A stretch of DNA of 64,000 nt from Bacilli bacterium. Lineage in GTDB: Bacteria > Bacillota_I > Bacilli_A > RFN20 > CAG-826. Numbering within the stretch: position 1 is the first letter of the stretch; every line of letters begins with the position of its first letter. Under the pieces are notes generated by a model that was not told the origin of the DNA, made no database searches, and saw only the letters and a program-made list of their open reading frames with translations. Below are positions 11,772 to 21,763 of this stretch, in pieces. The DNA lies in contig JBAZHG010000001.1 of NCBI GenBank assembly GCA_041652475.1, forward strand, positions 8,161 to 72,160, given 5' to 3'. The position numbers were made by a program, and so were the translations under genes.

Positions 11772-12920
11772 TTATGGCGCTGGGACGAGAGTCAACTCTT
11801 CTGGAAGAATCGGGAGCAGCTGCGCTCCGTTGTACCAACCAAGGACTCCTTCGAAGGTGACCGTGGCCCCATCGACGGCGGCTTGGAACGTATCAAGGAT
11901 GTATTGGCGGCGGTCGGCCTTTCCCGGCTCGTCATTGTGGTAATTCAAGTAAACGGGAATGGTGGTCGCGCCTAATTTCATGTAAATGGTGGCGTGCGTG
12001 CCCAGACTGACTTCTCCGGTGGCCGTGGCATCGTAGGTCAAGCCTTCGACGCGGATCAGGCCTCCGTCTTGGCCGCTGACGAGCGTCGCCCAATCGGTTT
12101 CGGTCACGACGGTCGCGACCGGATCAAGGGCGGTTTCATCAATCGGCGCCGGGCTGATGCGGGTGATATACGATAATTGGCGCGAGCCGGCGTACAAGGC
12201 GAATGAAGCCATGACTTCAACATAATCACCGATGGTGACGAGCGCCAATAGATCGGGCGACCAATCCAAGTGGTACAAATTGATGCCGGCGGTCCCGTTG
12301 TGGATGAAGGCCGAATTCCAGTCAACCATGTTACGGGTCAAATATCCGCGCATCCGCACCAGATAGGCGCCATATGCATCTTTCGGACCATCGGCCGGAG
12401 GCGTGACCGTGTCCAGCGGCAAGAGCGGAATCAATGACAAATCGGTCGTTTCGGGCAAAATCGTAATCGGGAATTCCTTGGACACGGACTTTTCGTTCAA
12501 GGTGGCCGTGGCAATGACCGAGGTCTCCGCGTTCGGGGAGCCAAAATCGGGTCGGATGGGATTGGCTAGATACACGTTGGTATTGTCAACCAAACCCGGA
12601 ATCGAGGTTTTTTCGCGGAAGGGGCTCCAATGAGCCTCGGTGCCTTCCTTGACCGTCCAAGAGATTGGAATCGTGTGTTCGATTTCGGTTTCCTCGTCAT
12701 AGACCTTGGCTTCCCTCAATAGGAACAAGGCCCCGTCGATTTCTTCGGTTTCGCCTTCATAGAATTCAAGCGATTGGCCGTTGCTCTTGATGGCCAAGGT
12801 CGGGGTCGCCAACGCCTGTTCCATTAAGACCATGTCGGGATCGGTGCCGCAGCTTCCCATGGCGAAAACCGAAAGCAGTAGACCGAGTCCGAGCGTGGCG
12901 AGTTTAATCTTTTGATACAT
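11772..12920 (-). CDS. Lipoprotein of unknown function
   Basis: 382 aa. The signal peptide ends in a lipobox (LLLSVFAMGSCG). Last gene of the nuclease/ABC cluster. Confidence 0.7.
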   Translation of the reverse strand: MYQKIKLATLGLGLLLSVFAMGSCGTDPDMVLMEQALATPTLAIKSNGQSLEFYEGETEEIDGALFLLREAKVYDEETEIEHTIPISWTVKEGTEAHWSPFREKTSIPGLVDNTNVYLANPIRPDFGSPNAETSVIATATLNEKSVSKEFPITILPETTDLSLIPLLPLDTVTPPADGPKDAYGAYLVRMRGYLTRNMVDWNSAFIHNGTAGINLYHLDWSPDLLALVTIGDYVEVMASFALYAGSRQLSYITRISPAPIDETALDPVATVVTETDWATLVSGQDGGLIRVEGLTYDATATGEVSLGTHATIYMKLGATTIPVYLNYHNDEPGKADRRQYILDTFQAAVDGATVTFEGVLGWYNGAQLLPILPEELTLVPAP

Positions 12921-12937
12921 ATAATCGTCTCCTTTCC

Positions 12938-14386
12938 CTAGGCCAAAGCGGTGATGGCCACATCATTGAGCAATTGTAATTGGTAATTTTCGTAGAACTG
13001 GGCGATGTAACCGCTGACTTCATAACTCGCTCCGAGTTCGAACCAATCGTAGTCGACATACGGGAATAGACCTCCGTCAATCCGGAGATTGAAGGAAATG
13101 TCGGTCCCGAAGAAATGGGCATAAATCGTCATGTTGTCGCTGCCGTCTTTGCGCCAGTAATCCCCATAGGTGTAACTGGGGTCGTCTTCTTCGTCGAAGG
13201 TGACTTGGCGGATGGTGACGTTGGCGGTGACGTAAAACCCGTTATAAGGGGCGAAATCGGTCTTGTCGTCGACTTCCAGCCCGGTGAAATCGAGCGGATC
13301 GGCGTTCGCCGCTTCCGGGGCGATGCCGTAAGTGGCGATTAATTCAGAAAAATTCTCCGCTTCCCCGGGCACTAATTTGACAAATGGATACTTTTGTGAG
13401 TAAGTGGTTAGTTCCGGGTCGGTGAATTGAAATGAATTGGTGGCTGCAAATACCGTCGCCTTGCAGTAGAATTCGATGATGTCGCCGGCTTTGGTCGCCA
13501 GCGGGACGCCGCGGTACTGCGTGAAGACGAAAACCGTCGCATAATAGCCGTCTTCGTCGGGGTTGTAGACATCGCGGATCACCATGTTGTTGCCGATCGA
13601 GCCGAGGAACATCGCCCGGACCCGGATCTTGGTCGAATCGTAAAGGGTAATCATGACCGGATCTTCGTTCTCGTCAAAGACGAGATTGCCTTCGCGATCT
13701 TGAAGTTGCACCGTTTCGCCATAGGCGGCCCGAGCAAAGCGGATCGAGATGTCGTAGACTTGGTCGGTATAGTCGAAGGTCGGATCGTCCTCGCCGTAAA
13801 TGCGGGCTCCGGTGGCCGAGGCGTGGGCGCCGGCCCGGGAGAAAGCGTCAAAGTAATCGCATACGGTCGATTGGTCGAACAAAAGGTTTTCGGTATAGGC
13901 CTGCTCGACGAGCTCGAGGTTTAATAGCCGATAGCGGGCGTTCAAGGCCGGTTGGTACCAGACAAAACCCAAATAGCGGCCGCCCGAGCTGTCGGTGACC
14001 CCAAACAAATTACGGTCGTTGATCAAGATGATGCTGGTGGCCGTCGTCAGCTTTTCCTTGGTGAATTCGCTGGCGGCCTTGCCCCACGGTTGGATCTTGC
14101 CGGTCGATTCCGGGGTGTTGATGCCGAGGAAGCGCACCGGGACGTTGGTGCTCCCAACGTTGAAGCGGGCCGTATCCCCGTCGGTCGACGAGCGCAGCGT
14201 CGCCAGACCGATTCCGTCGGTCAAGAAATCCTTGCCCGAGTAATCGCCGACGAAAGTCAAGGCGTCCGTCTCGGCGGTGTTCAAATCGTCCGGTGTCAAA
14301 GACACCGGTTCCGAGGAAGAACCGCATCCGGAGAGGACTGTGGCCAGAAAGGCCAATATAGGAATGATAAATTGTCGAACTCTCAT
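12938..14386 (-). CDS. Lipoprotein with a staphylococcal-nuclease (SNase/thermonuclease) domain plus a C-terminal extension
   Basis: 482 aa. Lipobox LATVLSGCGS. SNase core motifs: DGDTARFNVG..VPVRFLGINTPES..WGKAASEFTKEKL...GRYLGFVWY. Confidence 0.8.
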   Translation of the reverse strand: MRVRQFIIPILAFLATVLSGCGSSSEPVSLTPDDLNTAETDALTFVGDYSGKDFLTDGIGLATLRSSTDGDTARFNVGSTNVPVRFLGINTPESTGKIQPWGKAASEFTKEKLTTATSIILINDRNLFGVTDSSGGRYLGFVWYQPALNARYRLLNLELVEQAYTENLLFDQSTVCDYFDAFSRAGAHASATGARIYGEDDPTFDYTDQVYDISIRFARAAYGETVQLQDREGNLVFDENEDPVMITLYDSTKIRVRAMFLGSIGNNMVIRDVYNPDEDGYYATVFVFTQYRGVPLATKAGDIIEFYCKATVFAATNSFQFTDPELTTYSQKYPFVKLVPGEAENFSELIATYGIAPEAANADPLDFTGLEVDDKTDFAPYNGFYVTANVTIRQVTFDEEDDPSYTYGDYWRKDGSDNMTIYAHFFGTDISFNLRIDGGLFPYVDYDWFELGASYEVSGYIAQFYENYQLQLLNDVAITALA

Positions 14387-14396
14387 AAACGCTCCA

Positions 14397-15977
14397 CTAT
14401 TCGGTCGGTTCGATGTAGCGGGATAATGATGTGTAACTGTAATCGATGATTTCTTGCGAGGTCATCGGGATGCCGTCTTTGCCGTAGAAAAGCATCGGGA
14501 AGATGGTGCCGATCTGCTCGCGGATATCGGAACTCCCGACGAAGCCGGGGTCGACGAATTTATGCCAATTGGCGGCGGCGGCGCCGTAGACCTCGGCGTT
14601 GACCTTGGCGGCGTTGATCTTGCTCATGTTGTATTCGCTGTCACCGGTCGTGCCGATGTAGTTTTGGTAGAAGGTGCTGTTAAGGCCGGATTCGGTCACC
14701 GGATAATAACCGGTGTTCAAGGCGAATTCGGCATTGGCGGTCGTCGTCAGGTAACGGACAAAGAGCCAAGAAGCCAGGACTTTCTCTTCATCGCGGTTCT
14801 TGAACATGGCCAAGTTCGTGCCTTGGGAAATGACGTATTTGTGATCGGCGTCTTTGCCGACGATTGGATTAATCGAAACTTTGAAGGCGTTGCCGACCGG
14901 GACGTTGTTGTAAACGCCGGCCGAAGAGGAAACGGTCATCACCGATTTCAACGAGACGAACGGGACCGAGTTATAGCTGGATTCGCCGAAGGAAGTCGGA
15001 ATGGCGAAAATCTGGTCGGCGTGGAGTTCGCGGAAGAAATCGAGCATGGCGAGGGTCGAGGCGGAGTTGTATTGGAGATAACCCTTGGTGATGTTTTCGC
15101 CCATCTTGGTGTATTGGCCGCCCCATTGGCGCACCATCGTGATGAAAAGGTTGCTAGTCGAGTCGTAAGAGAAGGGACGGAATTCATCGGCGGTGACGGC
15201 GGAGAAATCCAATAAAAGTCTCGGATGTCCGAGTTTACCGGCATTGTCGTTAACGTTGCCGTCGACGTCGATCTTATGGCCAAAGGCGCCAATGCGGCCC
15301 ATGGCGGCCAGGATTTGCTCGCCGGAGGTGCGGACTTCGTCCCACGTGGTCGGAATCACGATCCGGTTGTCCTTGGTGACGATCCAATCCATGAAGGTTT
15401 GGTTGACGACCATGACTTCCGTCGATTTGTTAAACGGCAAGCCGAGGGTGTAGGGATCGGTCTTTTCTTCGTCCTTGAATTGGAAGGACCTGTTTTCGAT
15501 CATGTAGTCGGCCACGTAATCGTCGACGTCGACCCCGATGTCAGGATCGGTCGATTCGAGGAAGGGGTCGAGGGCATATTGAATCGAGGAGCGGATGTAG
15601 CTCGCAAAGTGATCCGGGTAGCCGACGGCGACTTGCGGATAGGAGTTTGATGTAATCGACAGGTTGATGGCTTTGAGCAGGTTGTCGTAGCCGCCCTTGG
15701 AGGTGTGGTTCACCTTGATGAACGGATATTCGGTTTCAAAAGCCTCGATGGCCGGGAGGATGCCCGTCGAAGTGACGGCGCCACCGAAACCGGTCCAAAA
15801 GTCGATTTCAAGCGGGGATGCAGCCGAATAATTGGTTTCGAGTTGGTCGACCGTCAAAGCCGCGGCTTCGGTTGGAAGCTGCACTTCATAGGTGGCGACG
15901 TTACTGCATCCGGCCGCCAAGACGACGGCGACGGCGGCGGCAATGCCGGTCATTCCGTATTTGAATAGTTTCTTCAT
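14397..15977 (-). CDS. ABC transporter substrate-binding lipoprotein (extracellular solute-binding family 1, sugar/CUT1-type)
   Basis: 526 aa. Lipobox VVLAAGCSNV. Large periplasmic-binding-protein-like sequence. Sits next to the CUT1-type permeases. Confidence 0.75.
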   Translation of the reverse strand: MKKLFKYGMTGIAAAVAVVLAAGCSNVATYEVQLPTEAAALTVDQLETNYSAASPLEIDFWTGFGGAVTSTGILPAIEAFETEYPFIKVNHTSKGGYDNLLKAINLSITSNSYPQVAVGYPDHFASYIRSSIQYALDPFLESTDPDIGVDVDDYVADYMIENRSFQFKDEEKTDPYTLGLPFNKSTEVMVVNQTFMDWIVTKDNRIVIPTTWDEVRTSGEQILAAMGRIGAFGHKIDVDGNVNDNAGKLGHPRLLLDFSAVTADEFRPFSYDSTSNLFITMVRQWGGQYTKMGENITKGYLQYNSASTLAMLDFFRELHADQIFAIPTSFGESSYNSVPFVSLKSVMTVSSSAGVYNNVPVGNAFKVSINPIVGKDADHKYVISQGTNLAMFKNRDEEKVLASWLFVRYLTTTANAEFALNTGYYPVTESGLNSTFYQNYIGTTGDSEYNMSKINAAKVNAEVYGAAAANWHKFVDPGFVGSSDIREQIGTIFPMLFYGKDGIPMTSQEIIDYSYTSLSRYIEPTE

Positions 15978-16008
15978 ATATTGTCTCCTTTGTTTCTTGT
16001 CTTTTTTT

Positions 16009-16036
16009 ATTATACACCCTATGGGTGCGTTGACAA
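16009..16036 (-). promoter_or_regulatory. Strong internal sigma-70 promoter (TTGTCA-16-TATAAT) driving the substrate-binding lipoprotein gene
   Basis: The minus strand reads TTGTCAacgcacccatagggtgTATAAT. About 30 nt downstream are the SD AAAGGAG and the ATG. Confidence 0.6.
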
Positions 16037-16038
16037 AC

Positions 16039-16944
16039 TTAGCCTTTGATGCCGCTGCGCGAGACGCCGCGCATGATGTACTTCTTGAAGATGAGGAAGA
16101 AAGCCAACAGCGGCGTGGTGACGACGACCGAAGCCGCCAGTTTGATGTTGCTCCACTGCGAGTACTCGGCCGATTGGAAAATGCTCATCAAGCCGTTGGC
16201 AACCAACTGCATCGAATCGCTTTCGGTGACGAGGGCCGGCCAAATGTAGGCGTTCCAAGAGCCCATGATCTGCAAGATGACGACGGTGACGATCGAAGGC
16301 AGGGCGATCGGGATCATCACTTTCCAGAGGTAGGCGAAATCCCCATAGCCGTCGACCTTGCTGGCCAGATAGAGCTCATTGGGAATCTGTTGGAAAGTCT
16401 GGCGCAGGTAGAAGGTGTAGAACACGCTGACCGAGAATGGGAAGATCAAGGCCATGAAGGTATCGCGCCATTGAAAGACGGAAATGGTTTGGTAGTTGGT
16501 GATGACCATCATTTCGCCCGGAATCATCATGGTGGCCAACAAAAGCGTGAATAGGGCTTCTTTGCCCTTGAAGTTCAAGCGGGCAAAGGCGAACGCCGCC
16601 AAGACGGTGGTCACCACCGAAATGGAGGTCGTGGCCAAAGCCACGATGATGGTGTTCAAATAGTAGCGCCCGAAGTTGACTTGGGCCGAGCGCCCGAACA
16701 CGATCACGAAGTTGGCGAAGGTGACCTCGCTCGGAAAGAAATTCAAGACGCCGGAAATCCGTTCGGATTCCAAAACGGCGTTGCTTTTGAGCGAGGTGAT
16801 GATCATCCAATAGAACGGAATCAAAATGAAGAGCGCCAGCAAGGTCAAAAAGCCGTACATCAAGAAATTGCTGAAGAATCGGGCGACCTTGTAACGACGC
16901 ATCGCGTTGGCGTCGGCAAAGTATAATTCGCGGTCGATTGCCAT
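16039..16944 (-). CDS. ABC transporter permease (MalG/UgpE-like, CUT1 family)
   Basis: 301 aa polytopic. EAA-like loop region (..LASKVDGYGDFAYLWKVMIPIALPSI..). Confidence 0.85.
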   Translation of the reverse strand: MAIDRELYFADANAMRRYKVARFFSNFLMYGFLTLLALFILIPFYWMIITSLKSNAVLESERISGVLNFFPSEVTFANFVIVFGRSAQVNFGRYYLNTIIVALATTSISVVTTVLAAFAFARLNFKGKEALFTLLLATMMIPGEMMVITNYQTISVFQWRDTFMALIFPFSVSVFYTFYLRQTFQQIPNELYLASKVDGYGDFAYLWKVMIPIALPSIVTVVILQIMGSWNAYIWPALVTESDSMQLVANGLMSIFQSAEYSQWSNIKLAASVVVTTPLLAFFLIFKKYIMRGVSRSGIKG

Positions 16945-16959
16945 AATCTCGCCTCCTTC

Positions 16960-17895
16960 CTAATAGTGGATCCGCTTCTTGGAAGCCAAGAATTGGATGC
17001 CGGTGATGACTAAGATGATCAAAAGCAAGAGGATGCTCCCGGCCGCGGCTTTGCCGGTGTCGGTGCGCATCACTTTGTAAACATAGCCGACGATGGTGAT
17101 CCAGGTGTTGCCGTCGCTGCCGCCGAAGTTGAAGGGGCCGGCTCCGAATATCGAGATGACCGAAGTATACATCTTGAAGGCCCCAATAAATGAGGTAATC
17201 GTGATGTAGAAGATTTGAGGAGAAAGCAGCGGCACCGTGATTTTGGAGAAAATGCGGGCCTTCGAGGATCCGTCGATCCGGGCCGCGTCATAGTATTGCT
17301 TGTCGATGCTGGCGAGCCCGGCCATGAAGACCAAGACCTTGAAGGCGAGGCCGTTCCAAAGCGAGGAAGTCACGAGGACGACCGCCATGTTGAATTTGGT
17401 GGCCCCGTCGGCCCCGACCCAGTTCTGGGCCGTAAGCCCGAACCAGGACAAAAGCTGGTTCATGAGGCCGCTATCGTATTTTGAAAACATGACGTTGAAC
17501 ACCATGCCAAGGGCAATCGAGTTCGTCACATAGGGCAGGAAGAAAATCGTTTGATACAAACCTTTGAGGAATTTGACGTTGTGGAGGGCGACCGCCAAAA
17601 GGAGCGAGACCACGATCGTAAGCGGGACGCTGACGACCACGAGGATGGCCGTGTTGATGACCGCGTCGAGGAAAATCGGGTCGGCGAGCACCGAGAGGTA
17701 GTTGCCTAACGAGGGGAAGGCGTCAAAGGTATTGCCGAATAGCCACAGCCCGGCGCCGGGCCACCAAGCAAAGTTGTCCATGAAGGACAATAGGAACGTG
17801 TTGACGATTGGGAAAAAGATGAAAAGGGTCAAAACCACCATGGCCGGAGCCAAGGCGATGAATGCCTTCCAACCGTCGCGCTTGCCTTCAAACAT
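16960..17895 (-). CDS. ABC transporter permease (MalF/UgpA-like, CUT1 family)
   Basis: 311 aa polytopic. EAA motif region (DAARIDGSSKARIFSKITVPLLSP). Confidence 0.85.
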   Translation of the reverse strand: MFEGKRDGWKAFIALAPAMVVLTLFIFFPIVNTFLLSFMDNFAWWPGAGLWLFGNTFDAFPSLGNYLSVLADPIFLDAVINTAILVVVSVPLTIVVSLLLAVALHNVKFLKGLYQTIFFLPYVTNSIALGMVFNVMFSKYDSGLMNQLLSWFGLTAQNWVGADGATKFNMAVVLVTSSLWNGLAFKVLVFMAGLASIDKQYYDAARIDGSSKARIFSKITVPLLSPQIFYITITSFIGAFKMYTSVISIFGAGPFNFGGSDGNTWITIVGYVYKVMRTDTGKAAAGSILLLLIILVITGIQFLASKKRIHY

Positions 17896-19244
17896 TATTT
17901 GATCCTCGCGCCATCGGTTTCAAAGACGTAGAACCGCTTGGCCGCCAATTTCATGATGCCGGGAGATACTTTTTCGGACAATTCGCTCGGGATGATGATG
18001 CGCATCTTGGCGTTCGAGCCGACGGCTTTCCCGACCAGGGAGATGTCGCGTCCGATGTGTTCGATGAATTCGACGTTGACGGAGAATTTGGCCGAAGCCG
18101 CTTCTTCGATGCTGAAGGCTTCGGGACGAATCCCGATCACGACCTTGCGGTTTTTCTTCAAGGCGACCTTCATCTTGGTCAAGGCGGCGACGAATTTCTT
18201 CTCGTCGTCTTTATAGCCTTTCGCACGGGCATGGGCCAAGACGTTAGGAATCGTCAACTCGAAGGGCACCGTGACCGGCGTCCCGTTTTCGTCGCGGGTT
18301 TGGGTTTGATGCAAAGCCAGGTAATAGTCTTCAAACGAAAGGGTATAGCCCGAGGCGGACAATAGGCCATGGACTTCTTGTCCGTCCAAGGCCAAGTCGC
18401 CTTTGGCGTCGTAACCTTTGTCGAAAATCTTGCCGTCGAGGAGGAGCTTGCCGTCTTTCAGTTCGCCGTCGACGATGTTGATGGCCGGCGAGCCGAGGAA
18501 TTTAGCCACGAAGAGGTTGATCGGTTCGTTATAGACCCTCTGGGGTTCGTCGACTTGTTGGACGATGCCTTTGTCCATGACGACGATGAAATCGGAAATC
18601 GACATCGCTTCTTCTTGGTCATGGGTGACGAAGATGGTGGTGATGCCGGTTTCCCGTTGGATCCGTTTGATTTCTTCGCGGGTTTGAAGCCGGAGCCGGG
18701 CGTCGAGGTTGCTGAGCGGTTCGTCGAGCAGAAGGACGCGGGGCCGTTTGGCCAAGGCGCGGGCGATGGCCACCCGTTGCTGCTGGCCGCCCGAGAGTTG
18801 TTTCGGTTTCCGTTCGAGGTAGGGCTTGATGTCGACGAGTTCGGCCATGCTTTCGGCGATGGCGTTCATCTCAGCCTTGGTGTAGCGACGCGGTTTGCCG
18901 GTTTCCGGATCGGAATAATCACGGACGTTTTCAAGCGGGAAAAGGATGTTCCCCCGGACCGTGAAGTGCGGATAAAGGGCATAATTTTGGAACACGAGGC
19001 CGATGCCGCGCTTTTCCGGCGGGACGTTGGTGACCTCGGATTCGCCGAAGTAGATCGAACCTTCGGTCGGTTTGTGCAAGCCGGCGATCAGATAAAGCGT
19101 CGTCGATTTGCCGCAGCCCGAAGGACCTAACAGTCCGACTAATTTGCCATCCGGGATCGTGATCGACATATTGTCGACGGCGCGGGTTTCATCACCCTTT
19201 TTGCCTACGAAGACCTTTGATAGCTTTTCCAGTTTTACTTCCAT
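17895..19244 (-). CDS. ABC transporter ATP-binding protein (MalK/UgpC-like) with an enlarged C-terminal regulatory domain
   Basis: 449 aa. Walker [10 protein letters not shown], signature [15 protein letters not shown], Walker [12 protein letters not shown]. It is the first gene of the cluster, which is atypical. Confidence 0.9.
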   Translation of the reverse strand: MEVKLEKLSKVFVGKKGDETRAVDNMSITIPDGKLVGLLGPSGCGKSTTLYLIAGLHKPTEGSIYFGESEVTNVPPEKRGIGLVFQNYALYPHFTVRGNILFPLENVRDYSDPETGKPRRYTKAEMNAIAESMAELVDIKPYLERKPKQLSGGQQQRVAIARALAKRPRVLLLDEPLSNLDARLRLQTREEIKRIQRETGITTIFVTHDQEEAMSISDFIVVMDKGIVQQVDEPQRVYNEPINLFVAKFLGSPAINIVDGELKDGKLLLDGKIFDKGYDAKGDLALDGQEVHGLLSASGYTLSFEDYYLALHQTQTRDENGTPVTVPFELTIPNVLAHARAKGYKDDEKKFVAALTKMKVALKKNRKVVIGIRPEAFSIEEAASAKFSVNVEFIEHIGRDISLVGKAVGSNAKMRIIIPSELSEKVSPGIMKLAAKRFYVFETDGARIK

Positions 19245-19330
19245 GCTTGTTCCTCCGAAAGTGTCATTGGTAATTATAATTTATCACAACCGCCCGCCTC
19301 AGGTATCGACGCGCGGCCGTAAATCGCTTT

Positions 19331-20377
19331 TTAGGAGTCGGATTTGTCTTCGGGATTTTCCTCACTGGGAATCTTCGATTCGGTTTCCAGAGTTGGCGTG
19401 GCCGGGGTCATGTCTTGATAGGCCTGGCGCTTGGCCGATTGATAGGCTTCCTCGGCGGCCAACTTCTTTTCGTAGGCGGCGGCGTCCTCGGCGTTGGCGA
19501 AAATGAGCGATTCCTTCAAATTGACGACCCTCGTCTGGGCGACGAAGTCATGGGCTGAGCGGTTGCCCTTGGTGAAAATCATCAAGGTGTAGCTGATCAA
19601 GAACGCCCCCATGATGGTGTAAACCGACAAGACGATTTCGGCCGCGAACATCAAAAACCGGACCAGGAGCTGCCAAGCTTTTAACTTGTAGCCCTGCTTG
19701 CCGATGACGCCCAAGTTGAACAGTTTCTTGGCCAAGGTTTGCCCGTTTTTGAAAATAAGCGGCAGCAACAAATAGAAAATAAGCACGGTCACCGATCCGG
19801 AAATGGCCAATATTTGTAGCGAATAGGAACTGATCTGGGCCGCCAGTTCGGCGTAAGGTCCGTAGTCGTTTAGGTCCAGTTGGGCCGATTGGTATGCGGC
19901 TTGGTAGAAGGTACCCAGTTGCTCTTCGGTGGCGTCGGTCTTGGGAACCCCGCGGAGCGAGGGGTCGGGCACTTCGAATTCGTCAAGATCATATTCGAAA
20001 TAGACCGTGATCGTCGCGTCGCTCGTCCCGATGTTTAAAATGTTGGAGTTGTACCATTCGTTGGTGAAGGCGAACGGGGTCGCCTCGTCGGCGTAGGTCT
20101 TGCCGACTTTGAATTCAGAATAGTAGGCGTAGACGGCGTCGGGGATATCCTCGTCGCTACGATAGGTGATGACCTTGGTCTCGGTGTCCTCTACGTAAAG
20201 ATGGGTCGCTAGTTGAATGGCGATGTAATCGTCTTGGATCGCCCGGGTCCCGAAAACCTGGTTGTAGATTGGGCTGACGGCGTAGGTGATGAGGGCCAGC
20301 CACACGAGGACCGCCAATAAAAAATCCAGGATCGCGGCGCCCGAGCGTTTGGCCAAGTTGGCTGGTGCAATGTTCAT
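19331..20377 (-). CDS. RDD-family-like membrane protein with an acidic C-terminal tail
   Basis: The N-terminal region (KRSGAAILDFLLAVLVWLALITYAV) is RDD-like. The alternative upstream ATG at 20437 would add an AT-rich, promoter-like 20 codons, so the start is placed at the ATG at 20377. The ATG is preceded by an AT-rich -10-like sequence and no SD. Confidence 0.55.
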   Translation of the reverse strand: MNIAPANLAKRSGAAILDFLLAVLVWLALITYAVSPIYNQVFGTRAIQDDYIAIQLATHLYVEDTETKVITYRSDEDIPDAVYAYYSEFKVGKTYADEATPFAFTNEWYNSNILNIGTSDATITVYFEYDLDEFEVPDPSLRGVPKTDATEEQLGTFYQAAYQSAQLDLNDYGPYAELAAQISSYSLQILAISGSVTVLIFYLLLPLIFKNGQTLAKKLFNLGVIGKQGYKLKAWQLLVRFLMFAAEIVLSVYTIMGAFLISYTLMIFTKGNRSAHDFVAQTRVVNLKESLIFANAEDAAAYEKKLAAEEAYQSAKRQAYQDMTPATPTLETESKIPSEENPEDKSDS

Positions 20378-20454
20378 ATAAATATTATTTATAAACCAAT
20401 TAATATTATTAATGAGAGCGCTTTTAAAAGCAATCAAAAGATATTATTCGCAAT

Positions 20455-20480
20455 AAAAAAGGCCTAGTTAACTAGGCCTT
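20455..20480 (-). terminator. Rho-independent terminator of the str operon (after tuf)
   Basis: Near-perfect palindrome aggcctagt-taa-actaggcct, followed on the minus strand by TTTTTT. Confidence 0.85.
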
Positions 20481-20498
20481 CTCAAGACGGGAGGACGT

Positions 20499-21686
20499 TT
20501 ACTTCAAGATTTCGATGACGGTGCCGGCGCCGACGGTGCGGCCGCCTTCGCGAATCGAGAACTTGGTGCCCTTTTCAACCGCGATCGGGTGAATCAATTC
20601 GACGGTGAAAGTGACTTGGTCGCCCGGCATGACCATCTTCACGTTGTCGGGAAGGGTGATGACGCCGGTGATGTCGGTGGTCCGGAAGTAGAATTGGGGA
20701 CGATAGTTGCTCAAGAACGAGGTATGGCGTCCGCCTTCTTCCTTGGTCAAGACGTAAACGGTCGCCGTGAACTTGGTGTGCGGGGTGACCGAGCCGGGCT
20801 TGGCCAGGACTTGGCCGCGTTCGACTTGTTCGCGGTTGACGCCGCGGAGCAAGACGCCGACGTTGTCGCCCGATTGGGCGAAGTCCAAGAGTTTGCGGAA
20901 CATTTCGATGCCGGTGACGATCGATTTGATGGTCGGCTTGATGCCGATGATTTCGACTTCTTCGTTGAGCTTCAGCATGCCGCGTTCGACACGGCCGGTG
21001 ACGACGGTGCCGCGTCCGGTGATCGTCAAGACGTCTTCGATGGCAAGCAACAACGGTTTATCGTTGTCGCGAACCGGGTTCGGGACGTAGCTGTCGACGG
21101 CTTCCATCAATTCGATGATGCACTTTTCAGCGCCGGGTTTGCCTTCGAGGGCATCGCGGGCGGAACCGCGGATGACCGGGATGTCATCGCCCGGGAAGTT
21201 GAATTTGGACAGCGTTTCGCGGATGTCCATTTCGACGATGTCCACCAATTCGGGGTCATCGACGGCGTCGACTTTGTTCAAGAAGACGACGATGTAGGGA
21301 ACGCCGACTTGGCGCGCCAATAGGATGTGTTCGCGAGTTTGGGCCATGACGCCGTCATTGGCGGCGACGACCAGGATGGCGCCATCCATCTGCGCGGCGC
21401 CGGTAATCATGTTCTTGACGTAGTCGGCGTGCCCAGGGCAGTCGACGTGGGCGTAGTGCCGGGTGGCGGTTTGATACTCGATGTGACTGGTATTGATCGT
21501 AATACCGCGAGCCTTTTCTTCGGGAGACGCGTCGATTTCGTCGTATGCTTTGACGATGGTCCCGCCGACGGTTTTGGCCAAAACCTTGGTGATCGCCGCG
21601 GTCAAAGTCGTTTTGCCGTGGTCAACGTGACCAATGGTACCAATATTGACATGAACCTTGCTTCGATCAAATTTTTCTTTTGCCAT
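20499..21686 (-). CDS. tuf: Elongation factor Tu
   Basis: GHVDHGKTT and DCPGHADY motifs. The start is placed at MAKEKFDR, with an AGGAGG SD 10 nt upstream. The ORF-track upstream ATG was not used. Confidence 0.97.
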   Translation of the reverse strand: MAKEKFDRSKVHVNIGTIGHVDHGKTTLTAAITKVLAKTVGGTIVKAYDEIDASPEEKARGITINTSHIEYQTATRHYAHVDCPGHADYVKNMITGAAQMDGAILVVAANDGVMAQTREHILLARQVGVPYIVVFLNKVDAVDDPELVDIVEMDIRETLSKFNFPGDDIPVIRGSARDALEGKPGAEKCIIELMEAVDSYVPNPVRDNDKPLLLAIEDVLTITGRGTVVTGRVERGMLKLNEEVEIIGIKPTIKSIVTGIEMFRKLLDFAQSGDNVGVLLRGVNREQVERGQVLAKPGSVTPHTKFTATVYVLTKEEGGRHTSFLSNYRPQFYFRTTDITGVITLPDNVKMVMPGDQVTFTVELIHPIAVEKGTKFSIREGGRTVGAGTVIEILK

Positions 21687-21763
21687 TTTAGAATTTTCCT
21701 CCTGTTGATTCAACGTTCATATTATAGCAAATATAGTTTTAAATCAATACAAGTATTGACTAA

